A stretch of DNA of 64,000 nucleotides from Candidatus Krumholzibacteriota bacterium (GCA_963727455.1 CAVSGG010000017.1:198211-262210), one strand, 5' to 3'. Numbered from the stretch's first letter, positions 52,601 through 61,563 are shown. Numbers and translations are program-made. The notes: generated by a model not told the origin, from the sequence alone.

Positions 52601-52997
52601 TCGATCACGCAGTCCCTACTTCGAATACAGTCCCTGGATCGGGCTTCCCTACAATTCCCTGACCGAAACTGATCTGCGGACCGCACTGGCTGGCACCGCG
52701 GCTACACCAGTTGCTGCAACCCAATTCTGGTTTGCTCCGCCCAGTCCGAACCCCTTTGGCGGGCGCACGACCCTGGGCTACCGGCTGCCTCGCGCGGGCA
52801 AAGTGTGTCTGGAGATCTTCGATGTGCGGGGCCGGAGGGTGGCGACCCTGGTGGACGAAACAGAAGAACTGGGAGAACACCGGATCAGCTGGACCGGACG
52901 TGACGACCGGGGCGCCTCGTTGGCGTCCGGAACCTACTTCGCCAGGCTGCAGATTCCCGGCACGGTACAGACCCGCCGGATCACCCTGCTGCGCTAA
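49614..52997 (+). CDS. FG-GAP (integrin-alpha-like) repeat protein with C-terminal FlgD-Ig/T9SS-CTD-like domain
   Basis: 14 (A/S)GD(V/I/L)(N/D)(G/A)DG repeats; C-terminal PNPF...IFDVRGRRV...W.GRDD.G...SGTYF.RL. Confidence 0.9.
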   Translation: MLTASLASATRSRSRFRHALILPMLLLTSLFVCGVDCLPASAQPSCLPNYGVQFVGALENDAHFGKSVSTAGDINGDGLADIIIGAPDTDLDGLDRGWCELFESNGDGSWSFAGSFLGDQDFGNVGNSVGTAGDVNGDGYDDIIVGAYNYTNGESGEGRVYLWYGVPSGYPIGVTPDWMEELDLAGALFGTSVATAGDVNGDGYADVVIGARGVGGGILGNESGAAYIFFGSPSGLSSTYDEVVYGLTESARFGSSVATAGDVNGDGYDDVIVGAPGFDALGDTANDNGKAFVYYGSPTGISTTPDWSVTGGLGSQLGYSVFTAGDVNGDGYADVIVGAPTRLDGSFAPVGEADVYLGGASGLATSPVWTKLGAVSGERYGFAVSTAGDIDGDGFADIIVGIPWVGNDQGQIKVYFGSAAGPLSSPCTRTSGQLGSHFGAAVCTAGDVDGDGYSEIIVGEYNRDLSNPSYTGAGAVWVYTGGQRLPSESPGWIASDGTDTDNGHAASTAGDVNGDGYSDVIVGAPNYSNFMSGHGRARVYLGTAYGLSTSPSWSNSQSGTSSYGASVSLAGDVNGDGYTDVLVGDPDFDAGLGYEGKVFEFDGGPSGLSSTPSWSKVGDAQYSDFGYAVSDAGDVDGDGYGDVLIGAFGVGSSTAYLFRGSASGLETTPSWFVSRQNVGGTVSGAGDVNADGYSDVIIGNYATLSSFGDYRGVAMVYLGSSTGLQDSPQAYCWLSSPTTYLIAVDSAGDLNGDGYSDIVLGGESLDGIVQVHLGGPSGIDENEAWSRLGASGENLGYSVGYAGDVNGDGYSDIIVGSPRYTGNQQYEGKVTVFFGTPSNFPPIGNEWFFDSDQANAEMGKVVATSGDVNGDGFADLLVAKWGFDQIFLHPGNQGNGLPRIPRQAQYDGSAPIDLLGAANVQTAWNLRALGRCPAGRTKLRMEYELKPVGVAFDGSIQVGAYTDTGAPVNPDGSAVALEQPVTGAVSETAYHWRLRFRSRSPYFEYSPWIGLPYNSLTETDLRTALAGTAATPVAATQFWFAPPSPNPFGGRTTLGYRLPRAGKVCLEIFDVRGRRVATLVDETEELGEHRISWTGRDDRGASLASGTYFARLQIPGTVQTRRITLLR

Positions 52998-53026
52998 GTC
53001 GGGAAGCTAGGCCACTGCCCCGTTGA

Positions 53027-53710
53027 TCATTGGGTCTGCAACTGGATGGGAGGAACTTCTCCCCGGGTGTCACCCGGGAGTGACGTGATCCAGCCTATTC
53101 GTTCCAGCGGCATGGTTTGGCTTGCCGGCATCGACGTACCATTCGACCAGCTCTCGGGCACCGTGAATCTGACGGAAAAGCCGCGCAGCTCGTCTCCTTC
53201 CGACAACCCCGTCACCCTCCACTCGACGTTCATGGAGTCACAGTTTCTTGTCGTGCTCTTGCCCCATAGAGTCACCCTCGGAAACGCTATGGTCTGCCAG
53301 TCACCCAGCATCGAGATGGTTGGTTCGAATTCTAGGGAAAGATCCGTGCTTCCACCCAGCAGTGACCCGGCTACTTGTGGGCGTACTTCAAGAGGTATGT
53401 TGCTGGTGACGACGAGGGCGGGCGACAGTGTGATTCCTATGTAGATCTGGTCTCCCGGGGATACGCCCTCGATGTTCGCGAGCGGCAGATCGACGCTACC
53501 GTAGTAGTCGGTTTGGTCATGCTTCGGTCCGACATAATCCACGCCAGTGCTCCAGTCGGCGGCATGGATGGTCGCGTAAACGCAGTGTACGTTTTCGTCA
53601 CCGCAGGTAGTGCCTCCGGCAGTGGGGCTCTTGCTGTCCGAGCAGGCAGAGAGCAGGAAACTGTTGGACAGCAGAAGTACGAACCCGAGGCGAAGTGAAA
53701 GCTGTTTCAT
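53027..53710 (-). CDS. Hypothetical lipoprotein (paralog B)
   Basis: AAGGAG RBS, ATG 53710, lipobox LSA-C, CGDENVHC, AADWSTGV. Confidence 0.8.
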   Translation of the reverse strand: MKQLSLRLGFVLLLSNSFLLSACSDSKSPTAGGTTCGDENVHCVYATIHAADWSTGVDYVGPKHDQTDYYGSVDLPLANIEGVSPGDQIYIGITLSPALVVTSNIPLEVRPQVAGSLLGGSTDLSLEFEPTISMLGDWQTIAFPRVTLWGKSTTRNCDSMNVEWRVTGLSEGDELRGFSVRFTVPESWSNGTSMPASQTMPLERIGWITSLPGDTRGEVPPIQLQTQ

Positions 53711-53727
53711 CGTAAATCTCCTTTGGA

Positions 53728-54411
53728 TCACTGTGTCTTGAGCTGGACTGGTGGGACTTCCGTGCGCGTGTCACCCGAGAGGCTCACTCCCCAGCCAAAG
53801 CGATCCAGAGGGATCGTTTGGTTGGCCTCAAACTGCGTTCCATCCGACCACTTCTCGGGAATGGTGAACTTGAACGTGACTCCCCGAAGTTCATCGCCCT
53901 CAGAAAGTCCGCTGATGCTCCCAGAGGCGTAAAACGACGAGAGTACTCCTGTCGAGTTATCTCCCCTCAAAGTCACTCCCGTCGACCCGATCGTCATCCA
54001 ATCTCCTTGCAAGCTCAGCGTCAACTCAGGACGTGCTGTAACGTTCTCGCTGCCCCCTGTGGGAGAGCCCCCGAACCCAATGACAGCCGTTGGGGGGACG
54101 TTGCTGGTGATTACGAGCGGTGGAGATAGTTTGATGCTCAAGTTGATCTCGTCACCCGGAGAGACGTTTTCGAAGTCTAGAATCGAGAGCGTGGCCGTGC
54201 CGTAATAGTCAGTGCCGTCGATCGGCGGATCGATGTATTCCACACCGGTGCTCCAGTCGGCTGCCCGGACGGTCGCGTAGGCGCAGCGCACGTTTTCCTC
54301 GCCGCAGTTCCCGCTGCTGGCGGTGGGACTATTGCTGTCCGAGCAGGAACCGAATGTTGCAAGGGCGGCCAGGTACGCGACGGCTCGCATTGCGGGCTTG
54401 AGGCGGTTCAT
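53728..54411 (-). CDS. Hypothetical lipoprotein (paralog A)
   Basis: GAGG RBS, lipobox FGS-C, CGEENVRC, AADWSTGV; collinear with paralog B. Confidence 0.8.
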   Translation of the reverse strand: MNRLKPAMRAVAYLAALATFGSCSDSNSPTASSGNCGEENVRCAYATVRAADWSTGVEYIDPPIDGTDYYGTATLSILDFENVSPGDEINLSIKLSPPLVITSNVPPTAVIGFGGSPTGGSENVTARPELTLSLQGDWMTIGSTGVTLRGDNSTGVLSSFYASGSISGLSEGDELRGVTFKFTIPEKWSDGTQFEANQTIPLDRFGWGVSLSGDTRTEVPPVQLKTQ

Positions 54412-54654
54412 GAATTTCCTCGGAAATCGGGGAGATGAGGAACCAAATAGAGCTTAACCCGCGCATCATGTGCCAATCAAGGAACACATTCCGATCCATC
54501 CATCGGCATTGCGGCGCGATCAGACAAAGAAGACGATTGACGCCAGGCATCCAGGATGCGGAGAATCGTGCCTGAATTTCGTGCCTTCTTCCGAATAGAA
54601 GCGGAGAAGGAGAACTTCATGACTCAGTACTGCGCTCTTGGCCGAGGAGGAGAC

Positions 54655-54999
54655 ATGTTCAAGTGGATCGGTATCGGCACGGTTGTTCAACTGGCAATGG
54701 TTCTCATCGGACACTGGTCTACAGCGGTAGCCAATCTCTTTGGGCCATTGGGGGTGCTGATCTCCCTGGTCGTTGGGCTGCTTTGGGCGAGAGAGGCCGC
54801 GCGCGGGCTGGGTCACGGGGCAGGTGGTGGCGCCGTCGTGGGAGGCGTCTGCGCCCTCATAGGAATTGCGGTCTCTCTGCTGTTGGGGGATGTCAGCGCC
54901 ATGATTCTGTTGTTGGGAACTCTGTCTTCGGCGGTGACCGGTCTGGTGGGAGGGCTTTTGGGCTCCCGGATGCGCGCTTCGCGGGTCGGGGCCGGATGA
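54655..54999 (+). CDS. Small Gly-rich integral membrane protein (about 4 TM)
   Basis: GAGGAG RBS, ATG 54655; hydrophobic helices with GxxxG motifs; ATGA overlap with the GH92 gene. Confidence 0.75.
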   Translation: MFKWIGIGTVVQLAMVLIGHWSTAVANLFGPLGVLISLVVGLLWAREAARGLGHGAGGGAVVGGVCALIGIAVSLLLGDVSAMILLLGTLSSAVTGLVGGLLGSRMRASRVGAG

Positions 55000-57356
55000 G
55001 AGTTCCAGCGAGCAGAGAAGGCAGCCTTGGAATTCGCCGGAGAATTCTGGCGTGTACTGGTTTGTTGCTGATCGTCATTGCCGCTACAGCCTCGAGTGCT
55101 GCCGCGGCGAGTGATGCTTCCGCGCGGCAGGACCTCGCGCGCTTCGTCAATCCCATGGTGGGAACGAGGAACATGGGCCACACCTACCCCGGAGCCACCG
55201 TACCATTCGGGACGGTGCAGCTGAGTCCCGACACGAAGCGGCCACCAATGTATGACACATCGGGCGCGTACAACCGCGAGGTCTATCGCTACTGCTCGGG
55301 CTATCAGTATGGGGATTCCACCATCTACGGCTTCAGCCATACGCACTTCAGCGGCACCGGGCATTCCGACCTGGGGGACCTCTCGCTTCTTCCCACGATG
55401 GGCGAACTCCAGATGGAGCCAAGTGATACCTGGCAGATAGGGCGCAACATTCCGGCGCGCTTTCACCACGCCAGCGAAGTTGCGCAGCCCGGTTACTACA
55501 AGGTGAAGCTGGAAGACTCCGGTATCGAAGTGGAGCTGACTGCAACTTCCCGGGTGGGGATGCATCGTTACACACTGGGAAAAAGCGGAGAGCTGCATCT
55601 CATCCTGGACATGATGGCCGACATCTACGACTACACGGGAAAGGACCTGTGGACCTTCCTGCGGGTGGAAAATGACAGTACGGTCACTGGCTACCGGGAG
55701 ACCACCGGCTGGGCGCGCACGCGCACGGTCTATTTCGCGATGGAGTTCAGTCGGCCTTGCAAGAGCTACGGGTATAAGCGCTACGACGCGACTCCCTACA
55801 AGGGCTTCTATCGGCAGTTCGATCAGGAACACGACTTTCCCGAGATGGCGGGGAAGGAACTTCGCGCGCACTTCGATTTCGATGGCCAAGAGGGAGAGCA
55901 ACTGCTGGTAAAGGTGGCCCTCTCGGGAGTGAGTACCGCGGGGGCGATGGCCAACCTGCAGACCGAGCTGCCCGGGTGGGATTTCGACAGCGTGCGCGAG
56001 GCGGCGCGCGCGAGCTGGAACCGGGAATTGGGTCGCATCGAAGTCGAATTGCTGAGTGAGGAGCAAGCGAGAACTTTCTATACTGCGCTCTATCATTGCT
56101 TTCTCAGCCCGATCGTTTACGAGGACGTCGATGGGCGCTATAGAGGGCTCGACCAAAATGTGCACAGCTCGGATGGGTTCACCAACTACACCATCTTCTC
56201 ACTGTGGGACACCTACCGGGCACTGCATCCCCTCTTGAACCTCATCCAAAGCGCGCGCAATACGGATATGATCAAGAGCATGCTGGCGCATTTCGACCAG
56301 AGCGTGCATCCGATGCTGCCCGTGTGGAGCCACTACGCAAACGAGAACTGGTGCATGATCGGGTATCACGCGGCCTCGGTGATCGCCGATGCAATAGTCA
56401 AAGGAAATCGGGACATCGATCTGGAACGCGCGCTGCACGCGTGCGTGGCGACTTCCCAGGTTCCCTACTTTGATGGGGAGGGTGAGTACGCCAAGTTGGG
56501 TTGGGTGCCGGACGAGCTCACGCCCTATTCGGCGAGTATGACTCTGGAGCTGGCCTACGACGACTGGTGTATCGCGCGCATCGCCCAAGTGGCGGGTGAC
56601 GAGGCGCAGGTGGCGCGTTACGAGGAGCGAGCCGGAAGCTACCGCAGCATCTTCGATCCCCAGGTAGGCTTCATGCGGCCGAAGCTCCGCAACGGGAGCT
56701 GGCGACCAGAATTCGATCCCATGTCGACCCACGGGCAGGGATTCATCGAAGGGAACGCTTGGAACTACAGTCTGTATGTGCCGCAGAACGTCCCCGCACT
56801 GGTCGAGCTCTTGGGGGGGCAGGATGCCCTGGAGAGCTATCTGGACTCCCTCTTCACCATGCAGATCTCGGACGAGCAGATCGCGCGGACCGAGGACATC
56901 ACGCGCGACGGGATTATTGGAGCCTACGTCCATGGCAATGAACCCAGCCACCACGTGCCCTATCTGTACAACTGGACCCGGCATCCCTCGAAGACGCAGA
57001 AGCGCGTGCGAATGATCCTGGACACGATGTATGGAGCGGGTGTAGACGGACTGTGTGGGAACGACGACGCGGGCCAGATGAGCGCCTGGTACGTATTCAG
57101 CGCTCTAGGATTCTATCCGGTGTGCCCGGGATCGAGAAGGTTCGAGCTGGGCAGCCCACTGGTGAAGAGCGCGACCTTGCATCTGGAGAACGGCAGGACA
57201 GTACACATCGAAGCGCGCAACCAGAGTTCAAAGAACGTGTGCGTGCAGAAAGTGGAAGTAAACGGGAAACCCATCCATCGGCATTCTCTGAATTTCGAGG
57301 AGCTCACGATGGGGGGAGAGATCACATTTTTCATGGGGCCAGCGGAGGCAAGATGA
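54996..57356 (+). CDS. GH92 family alpha-mannosidase
   Basis: VNPMVGT, YPGATVPFG.VQLSPDT, FSHTHFSGTG, FSLWDTYRALHP, HGNEPSHH, GNDDAGQMSAWY; start ATG 54996. Confidence 0.95.
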   Translation: MRVPASREGSLGIRRRILACTGLLLIVIAATASSAAAASDASARQDLARFVNPMVGTRNMGHTYPGATVPFGTVQLSPDTKRPPMYDTSGAYNREVYRYCSGYQYGDSTIYGFSHTHFSGTGHSDLGDLSLLPTMGELQMEPSDTWQIGRNIPARFHHASEVAQPGYYKVKLEDSGIEVELTATSRVGMHRYTLGKSGELHLILDMMADIYDYTGKDLWTFLRVENDSTVTGYRETTGWARTRTVYFAMEFSRPCKSYGYKRYDATPYKGFYRQFDQEHDFPEMAGKELRAHFDFDGQEGEQLLVKVALSGVSTAGAMANLQTELPGWDFDSVREAARASWNRELGRIEVELLSEEQARTFYTALYHCFLSPIVYEDVDGRYRGLDQNVHSSDGFTNYTIFSLWDTYRALHPLLNLIQSARNTDMIKSMLAHFDQSVHPMLPVWSHYANENWCMIGYHAASVIADAIVKGNRDIDLERALHACVATSQVPYFDGEGEYAKLGWVPDELTPYSASMTLELAYDDWCIARIAQVAGDEAQVARYEERAGSYRSIFDPQVGFMRPKLRNGSWRPEFDPMSTHGQGFIEGNAWNYSLYVPQNVPALVELLGGQDALESYLDSLFTMQISDEQIARTEDITRDGIIGAYVHGNEPSHHVPYLYNWTRHPSKTQKRVRMILDTMYGAGVDGLCGNDDAGQMSAWYVFSALGFYPVCPGSRRFELGSPLVKSATLHLENGRTVHIEARNQSSKNVCVQKVEVNGKPIHRHSLNFEELTMGGEITFFMGPAEAR

Positions 57357-59071
57357 AACGGCAGGTACAAGCTTACTTGAGCAGGAAATTATTCAATCTC
57401 TCGGCCACGGTGGTTGCGATCTTTCTGGAGATACTCCTCGCAGCCACGGCAGTGTCGAGTGCTTGGGCCGAAGGTGTCCCCGGAACTGTATTGAAGCACT
57501 ACCCGCTGCAGATGAAGACGCCAACTGGTCTTGCCTTCGACGGCCAGCACCTCTGGGTGGGCGATCTCGATTCGGCCAAGCTCTTTGAGATCGATCCAGC
57601 CACGGGTGAAGTGCTCGCGAGCCTGGAAGCTCCTGGCTATCAGCCTCTCGGCTTGGCTTGGGATGGGGCACAACTTTGGGTGATCGATGCCCTCGACAAA
57701 ACCGCCTACGCGCTGAACCCCGCAACTGGAATCACGCAGCGTGCTCTTCCACTCGATACCGCAGATGCCAAGGGAATGAGCTGGGATGGAACGGCACTAT
57801 GGACAGTGGATGCGCATGATGGCGTGGTCACCCGTCTCGACATCGACGATGGCACGACCTTCAAGAGCTTTCCCTGTCCCCGTGCCAATGCCGGCGGGGA
57901 CGAATTGGGCTTGGCCTTCGACGGGAAGTACTTGTGGGTGAGCGATCGTCGCAGCAACAAGATCTACCGCGTCGATTCCGGTACAGGCGCAGTGCTGGAC
58001 GACTTTGCCTCTCCCGGTCCGTATCCGGCCGATCTGGCCTGGGACGGACAGCACCTGTGGTGCGTGGACTACGAGACGCGCGAGCTATACCAGCTAGAAA
58101 CGGTGAGTGGCTCGACCTACGTCGTGTCCGAGCCCAAGCACGAGCTACTCAACTACGAAGAGGTTTGGCGCAATTTCGGTCCGGGAACGGTGAAGACTCT
58201 GGACGTCTATATCGCGGTGCCCCACGACTTGCCCAACCAGAAGCTCACCTTGGAGCCCACCTTCGCTCCCGCTCCCAAGGACTTCGTGACCGACAGGTGG
58301 GGTCAGAAATGCGCGCACTTCGTGTATGAGGACATCGCGGTCGGTCAAAAGGTGTCGGCCAAGATGAGCGTGGATGCAACCCTATACAAGGTTCGCTGGT
58401 ATGTCGATCCGGACAAAGTAGGTGAGTTGAAGAAGATCCCGGGTGAGATCCGCAAGACCTATACGCAGAACAGCAGCAAGCTGGTCATGGACGATCCGGT
58501 CATCCAGAAGGCGGTCAAGGAAGCGCTGGATGGGGAGACCAATCCCTACTGGATGGCGCGCAAGATCAACCGCTACATCCAGGACCATATGTACTACGAA
58601 TTGGTGGGAGGGTGGAACGTAGCGCCTACGGTCCTGTCCCGGGGATCGGGCTCCTGTTCGGAATACACTTTCGTGATGCTCTCGATGTGCCACGCGGCCG
58701 GCTTGCCGGCCCGTTACGCCGGCTCGGTAGTCGTGCGCAATGACGACGCCAGCCGCGATGACGTATTCCATCGCTGGGTGGAGGTCTACCTGCCCAACTA
58801 CGGCTGGGTGCCGGTGGATCCCTCCGGCGGTGATTCTAATGTGCCCTCCCACGTAGCAGACTTCTTCGGGGGGCTATCCAATCGCTTCGTGATCACGACT
58901 TTGGGTGCGGGCGACAGTGAGACCCTGCACTGGGACTACGACAGCTACGCGAACTGGACGGCCGAGGGCCGTGTCAAACTGATGCAGCACAAGGCCGGCG
59001 ATTGGGTGCCGGTGGACAAGAAGTACGAGCCGCAAGTCAGCGGGACGATGGGCACCGACAAGTGCGACTAG
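57353..59071 (+). CDS. Exported beta-propeller + transglutaminase-like protein
   Basis: Signal peptide; five GLA(F/W)DG..LW-type repeats; transglutaminase triad GSCSEY / FHRWVEV / PVDP. Confidence 0.88.
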   Translation: MKRQVQAYLSRKLFNLSATVVAIFLEILLAATAVSSAWAEGVPGTVLKHYPLQMKTPTGLAFDGQHLWVGDLDSAKLFEIDPATGEVLASLEAPGYQPLGLAWDGAQLWVIDALDKTAYALNPATGITQRALPLDTADAKGMSWDGTALWTVDAHDGVVTRLDIDDGTTFKSFPCPRANAGGDELGLAFDGKYLWVSDRRSNKIYRVDSGTGAVLDDFASPGPYPADLAWDGQHLWCVDYETRELYQLETVSGSTYVVSEPKHELLNYEEVWRNFGPGTVKTLDVYIAVPHDLPNQKLTLEPTFAPAPKDFVTDRWGQKCAHFVYEDIAVGQKVSAKMSVDATLYKVRWYVDPDKVGELKKIPGEIRKTYTQNSSKLVMDDPVIQKAVKEALDGETNPYWMARKINRYIQDHMYYELVGGWNVAPTVLSRGSGSCSEYTFVMLSMCHAAGLPARYAGSVVVRNDDASRDDVFHRWVEVYLPNYGWVPVDPSGGDSNVPSHVADFFGGLSNRFVITTLGAGDSETLHWDYDSYANWTAEGRVKLMQHKAGDWVPVDKKYEPQVSGTMGTDKCD

Positions 59072-59124
59072 TTGGTGCGCACGAGTGCGACCAGCAGAAG
59101 CTCACAAGTGGGCCCAACTGAAAT

Positions 59125-60351
59125 TCAGGAGTCGAGCCGGTAGCACACGAGGTGCAACGGTTCCATGTCCTCCTCGGCGGTTTCGTCCTCGTCTTCGACC
59201 ACGGTGTCGCCCATGTTATGCGCGACGTAGATCCGAGTCTTTCCGAGAAAGAGGCGATCCCGATTGAAGTCTACATCGCCGAAGAGACGCCACTGCTCGA
59301 TCCACTTACCCTGAGCGTCGAACTGGTCCAGCCGGGCGAAGAGCTCGGGCGGGTCGTCCGGCATACGTTCACGAATCAGGACTTGAAAGCCGCCGTCTTG
59401 GCGCGGGTAGAGCCCATCGACGACTCGGTCCGTGTCGCTTACATGGACCTTCATCTGTTTTCCATTGATGTTCATCGAGTATCGCTTACTCGCGTGCTCG
59501 CGCTCCTTCGGTGTTCGCAGGTGGGGCTTGAAGGGTCTCTCCACGATGCGGACGAGAGAGCCATCCGGTGCATAGACGTGCAGGCGGTAGGCATCCCAGT
59601 CCTGTACGATTACCACCTTGCCGCTGGTGGTGACCGCCCAGGCTCCGTTGACCCCCACCATATCCCGTTCCTCGAACGACTCCGTTGCAAGATCGATGGG
59701 ATGGCGGTCTTCGAAATAGCGCGCTTCAATAGTTCCCTTGCCATCCACAGCCAGAACCTGGGCCGTGGTCCCCATTTTGCCGTCGGCGAAAAAGAAGCCC
59801 GATGCCGCCAGGACGAGGTCCTTTCCGCGATCGTATCCACCGGTGAGCATGGGCACGCCCTCGCTCGGGTCGGGGATGGGGTGATCCTCGAGCGGCGTTC
59901 CATCGGCTTGGAGCAGGGCGATCTTGGGCGGCATGGTCTGGATTATGTCCACGGATCCATCGTGGCCCAAAAAGAGGCTCGAGGGATTGCGGAATTCTCC
60001 GGGTGCCTCCCCTTCTCGTCCAATCGCTTTCTCCCATTTCCCGTCGGGTGAGAACACCTGGACCTGATTGAGCTGTGCGTCGAGCACGTAGACTCCCTGG
60101 TCCCCCCGTTCGACGACTCCGCGGATGCGGCCGAAGATGAGCTCGTCGTCCAGGCCCGCCGTCCACAGTGGATGCAGATGAACGTCACGGGTTCCCTCAG
60201 CGGGTGCGGTGCTGACCACGGGCACCGGCGCGGAATCGGCCGCGTGACATTCGCCGGCAAAGTGTGCACTGGACATCAGCCCGCTGCAGATGAGTACCAA
60301 GAGGAAAGTTGGCGAGGAAGACATGAGTTTCCGTGCGGTAGACATAGGCAT
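59125..60351 (-). CDS. Exported 6-bladed beta-propeller (NHL-like) protein
   Basis: VYVLDAQ...VQVFSPDG...IGREGEAPGEF motif; signal peptide; probable start 60351 or 60345. Confidence 0.72.
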   Translation of the reverse strand: MPMSTARKLMSSSPTFLLVLICSGLMSSAHFAGECHAADSAPVPVVSTAPAEGTRDVHLHPLWTAGLDDELIFGRIRGVVERGDQGVYVLDAQLNQVQVFSPDGKWEKAIGREGEAPGEFRNPSSLFLGHDGSVDIIQTMPPKIALLQADGTPLEDHPIPDPSEGVPMLTGGYDRGKDLVLAASGFFFADGKMGTTAQVLAVDGKGTIEARYFEDRHPIDLATESFEERDMVGVNGAWAVTTSGKVVIVQDWDAYRLHVYAPDGSLVRIVERPFKPHLRTPKEREHASKRYSMNINGKQMKVHVSDTDRVVDGLYPRQDGGFQVLIRERMPDDPPELFARLDQFDAQGKWIEQWRLFGDVDFNRDRLFLGKTRIYVAHNMGDTVVEDEDETAEEDMEPLHLVCYRLDS

Positions 60352-60435
60352 GAGTACCTCAGCAAGTGAGAGAATGTCCGGCGGGAACTTTGCGGTATGA
60401 GTTGTACGGGGATAGAGTCGTGGGGGTTTCATCCT

Positions 60436-61563
60436 TCACGGGATGTTCTCGCCTCGTTCGAGACCTCGGGCGAAGGTGGAATCCCAGGCCGCCAAAGCAA
60501 GTTTGGGATTGAGATCGACGTCGACCAACCCGAGGTGCGCGAAGTAGCTCAGGGTGGCCGGTGGAGGGGGAGAGATGGCCGCCAGATCGAGGTCGGTGAA
60601 GGTGAGTTGAAACAACCCGATTGCGTGAACTTGGTCGAGCAGCTGGGCCTGACGCACGATGTAGCGCCGCTGTTCGTCCTCCGAAGAGGTCCATTCGGTC
60701 TGCGTATTCGAGGGCCAGCCGCCCTCGGTCACCGCGATTCGGATGTCGTGTCCTTGCAGGAGGCCCGAGTAGTAATCGTCGGGAATCTCCTCGGGAGTGT
60801 CGAAACCCGCGAGGTACGGATAGGAAGATAGTCCCAACTCATCGACGAAGGGGAAGTCCGCGAAGTCCTGGCCGATTCCCTGGGCCGTGGTGTTGCCAAG
60901 GCGGCCCCAGGCGTAGTCGACCTGTACGCTTACGCTCAGGCGCACATTGGCGTCGCGGGCGCGGATTGCCGCTGCAGTGTCATTGGCGAGCTGTCGGATC
61001 GCGGCGTAGAGCTTCGCCGGGGCGACTCCCCGGATGAGATTCGTCTCGAGCGCAACCCCGAAATGCTCAGGCTGGACCAGGCTGTCGACCACGGTGGCAT
61101 AACGCACGTACATGGCCTGGATCTCGGGCTCGGTGATGCTGCGGCCCGCGTTGACGAGGGCGGTCGACTCCCCAGCCCGATTCAACCCGTTGGCCGGATC
61201 GAGATACACCCAGATCTCGTGTCCCTTGGCGCGGTAATACTCGGCCAAGCTCAGCTGGTGCCGTTGCACATACCCCGCAAGAGCCACCCCGGCCAGTAGC
61301 GAGTCCCATGGAGCCTCGTAACTCATGATGGCCGCGTCCGCGCGCATCGACCACATGTCGATCGCGGCAAGCAACAGGTCCACGTCCGCCCGCGGGGGTA
61401 TTCCCGAAAAGCCCATGCGATAGCTGCGAGTCGGGCCCTCGGGCTCGGTCGGTGAACCGGAGTCGCTACAGGCCGCGAGGCCACCGGCGACGAGAAGACT
61501 CACGGCGAGGCCGAGCAGAGCGAGGCGGCCTAGGCGGACGGAAGTTGGAAACGAATTTCTCAT
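60436..61563 (-). CDS. Hypothetical lipoprotein, glycoside-hydrolase-like TIM barrel
   Basis: Lipobox LAA-C; ALETN, GLSSYP, AVTEGGW, GL.D....PK.A...W pattern of clan GH-A-like folds. Confidence 0.65.
   Translation of the reverse strand: MRNSFPTSVRLGRLALLGLAVSLLVAGGLAACSDSGSPTEPEGPTRSYRMGFSGIPPRADVDLLLAAIDMWSMRADAAIMSYEAPWDSLLAGVALAGYVQRHQLSLAEYYRAKGHEIWVYLDPANGLNRAGESTALVNAGRSITEPEIQAMYVRYATVVDSLVQPEHFGVALETNLIRGVAPAKLYAAIRQLANDTAAAIRARDANVRLSVSVQVDYAWGRLGNTTAQGIGQDFADFPFVDELGLSSYPYLAGFDTPEEIPDDYYSGLLQGHDIRIAVTEGGWPSNTQTEWTSSEDEQRRYIVRQAQLLDQVHAIGLFQLTFTDLDLAAISPPPPATLSYFAHLGLVDVDLNPKLALAAWDSTFARGLERGENIP

Noticed and set aside
47148-54999. Diversity-generating retroelement or IS-mediated composite element
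   Set aside because: No reverse transcriptase, transposase or terminal inverted repeats, and differences between copies are not adenine-specific.
54813-56984. Long antisense ORFs opposite GH92, and similar ones opposite the kinases, carB, FG-GAP and ABC genes
   Set aside because: Expected stop-poor shadows in high-GC coding DNA; no motifs or RBS.
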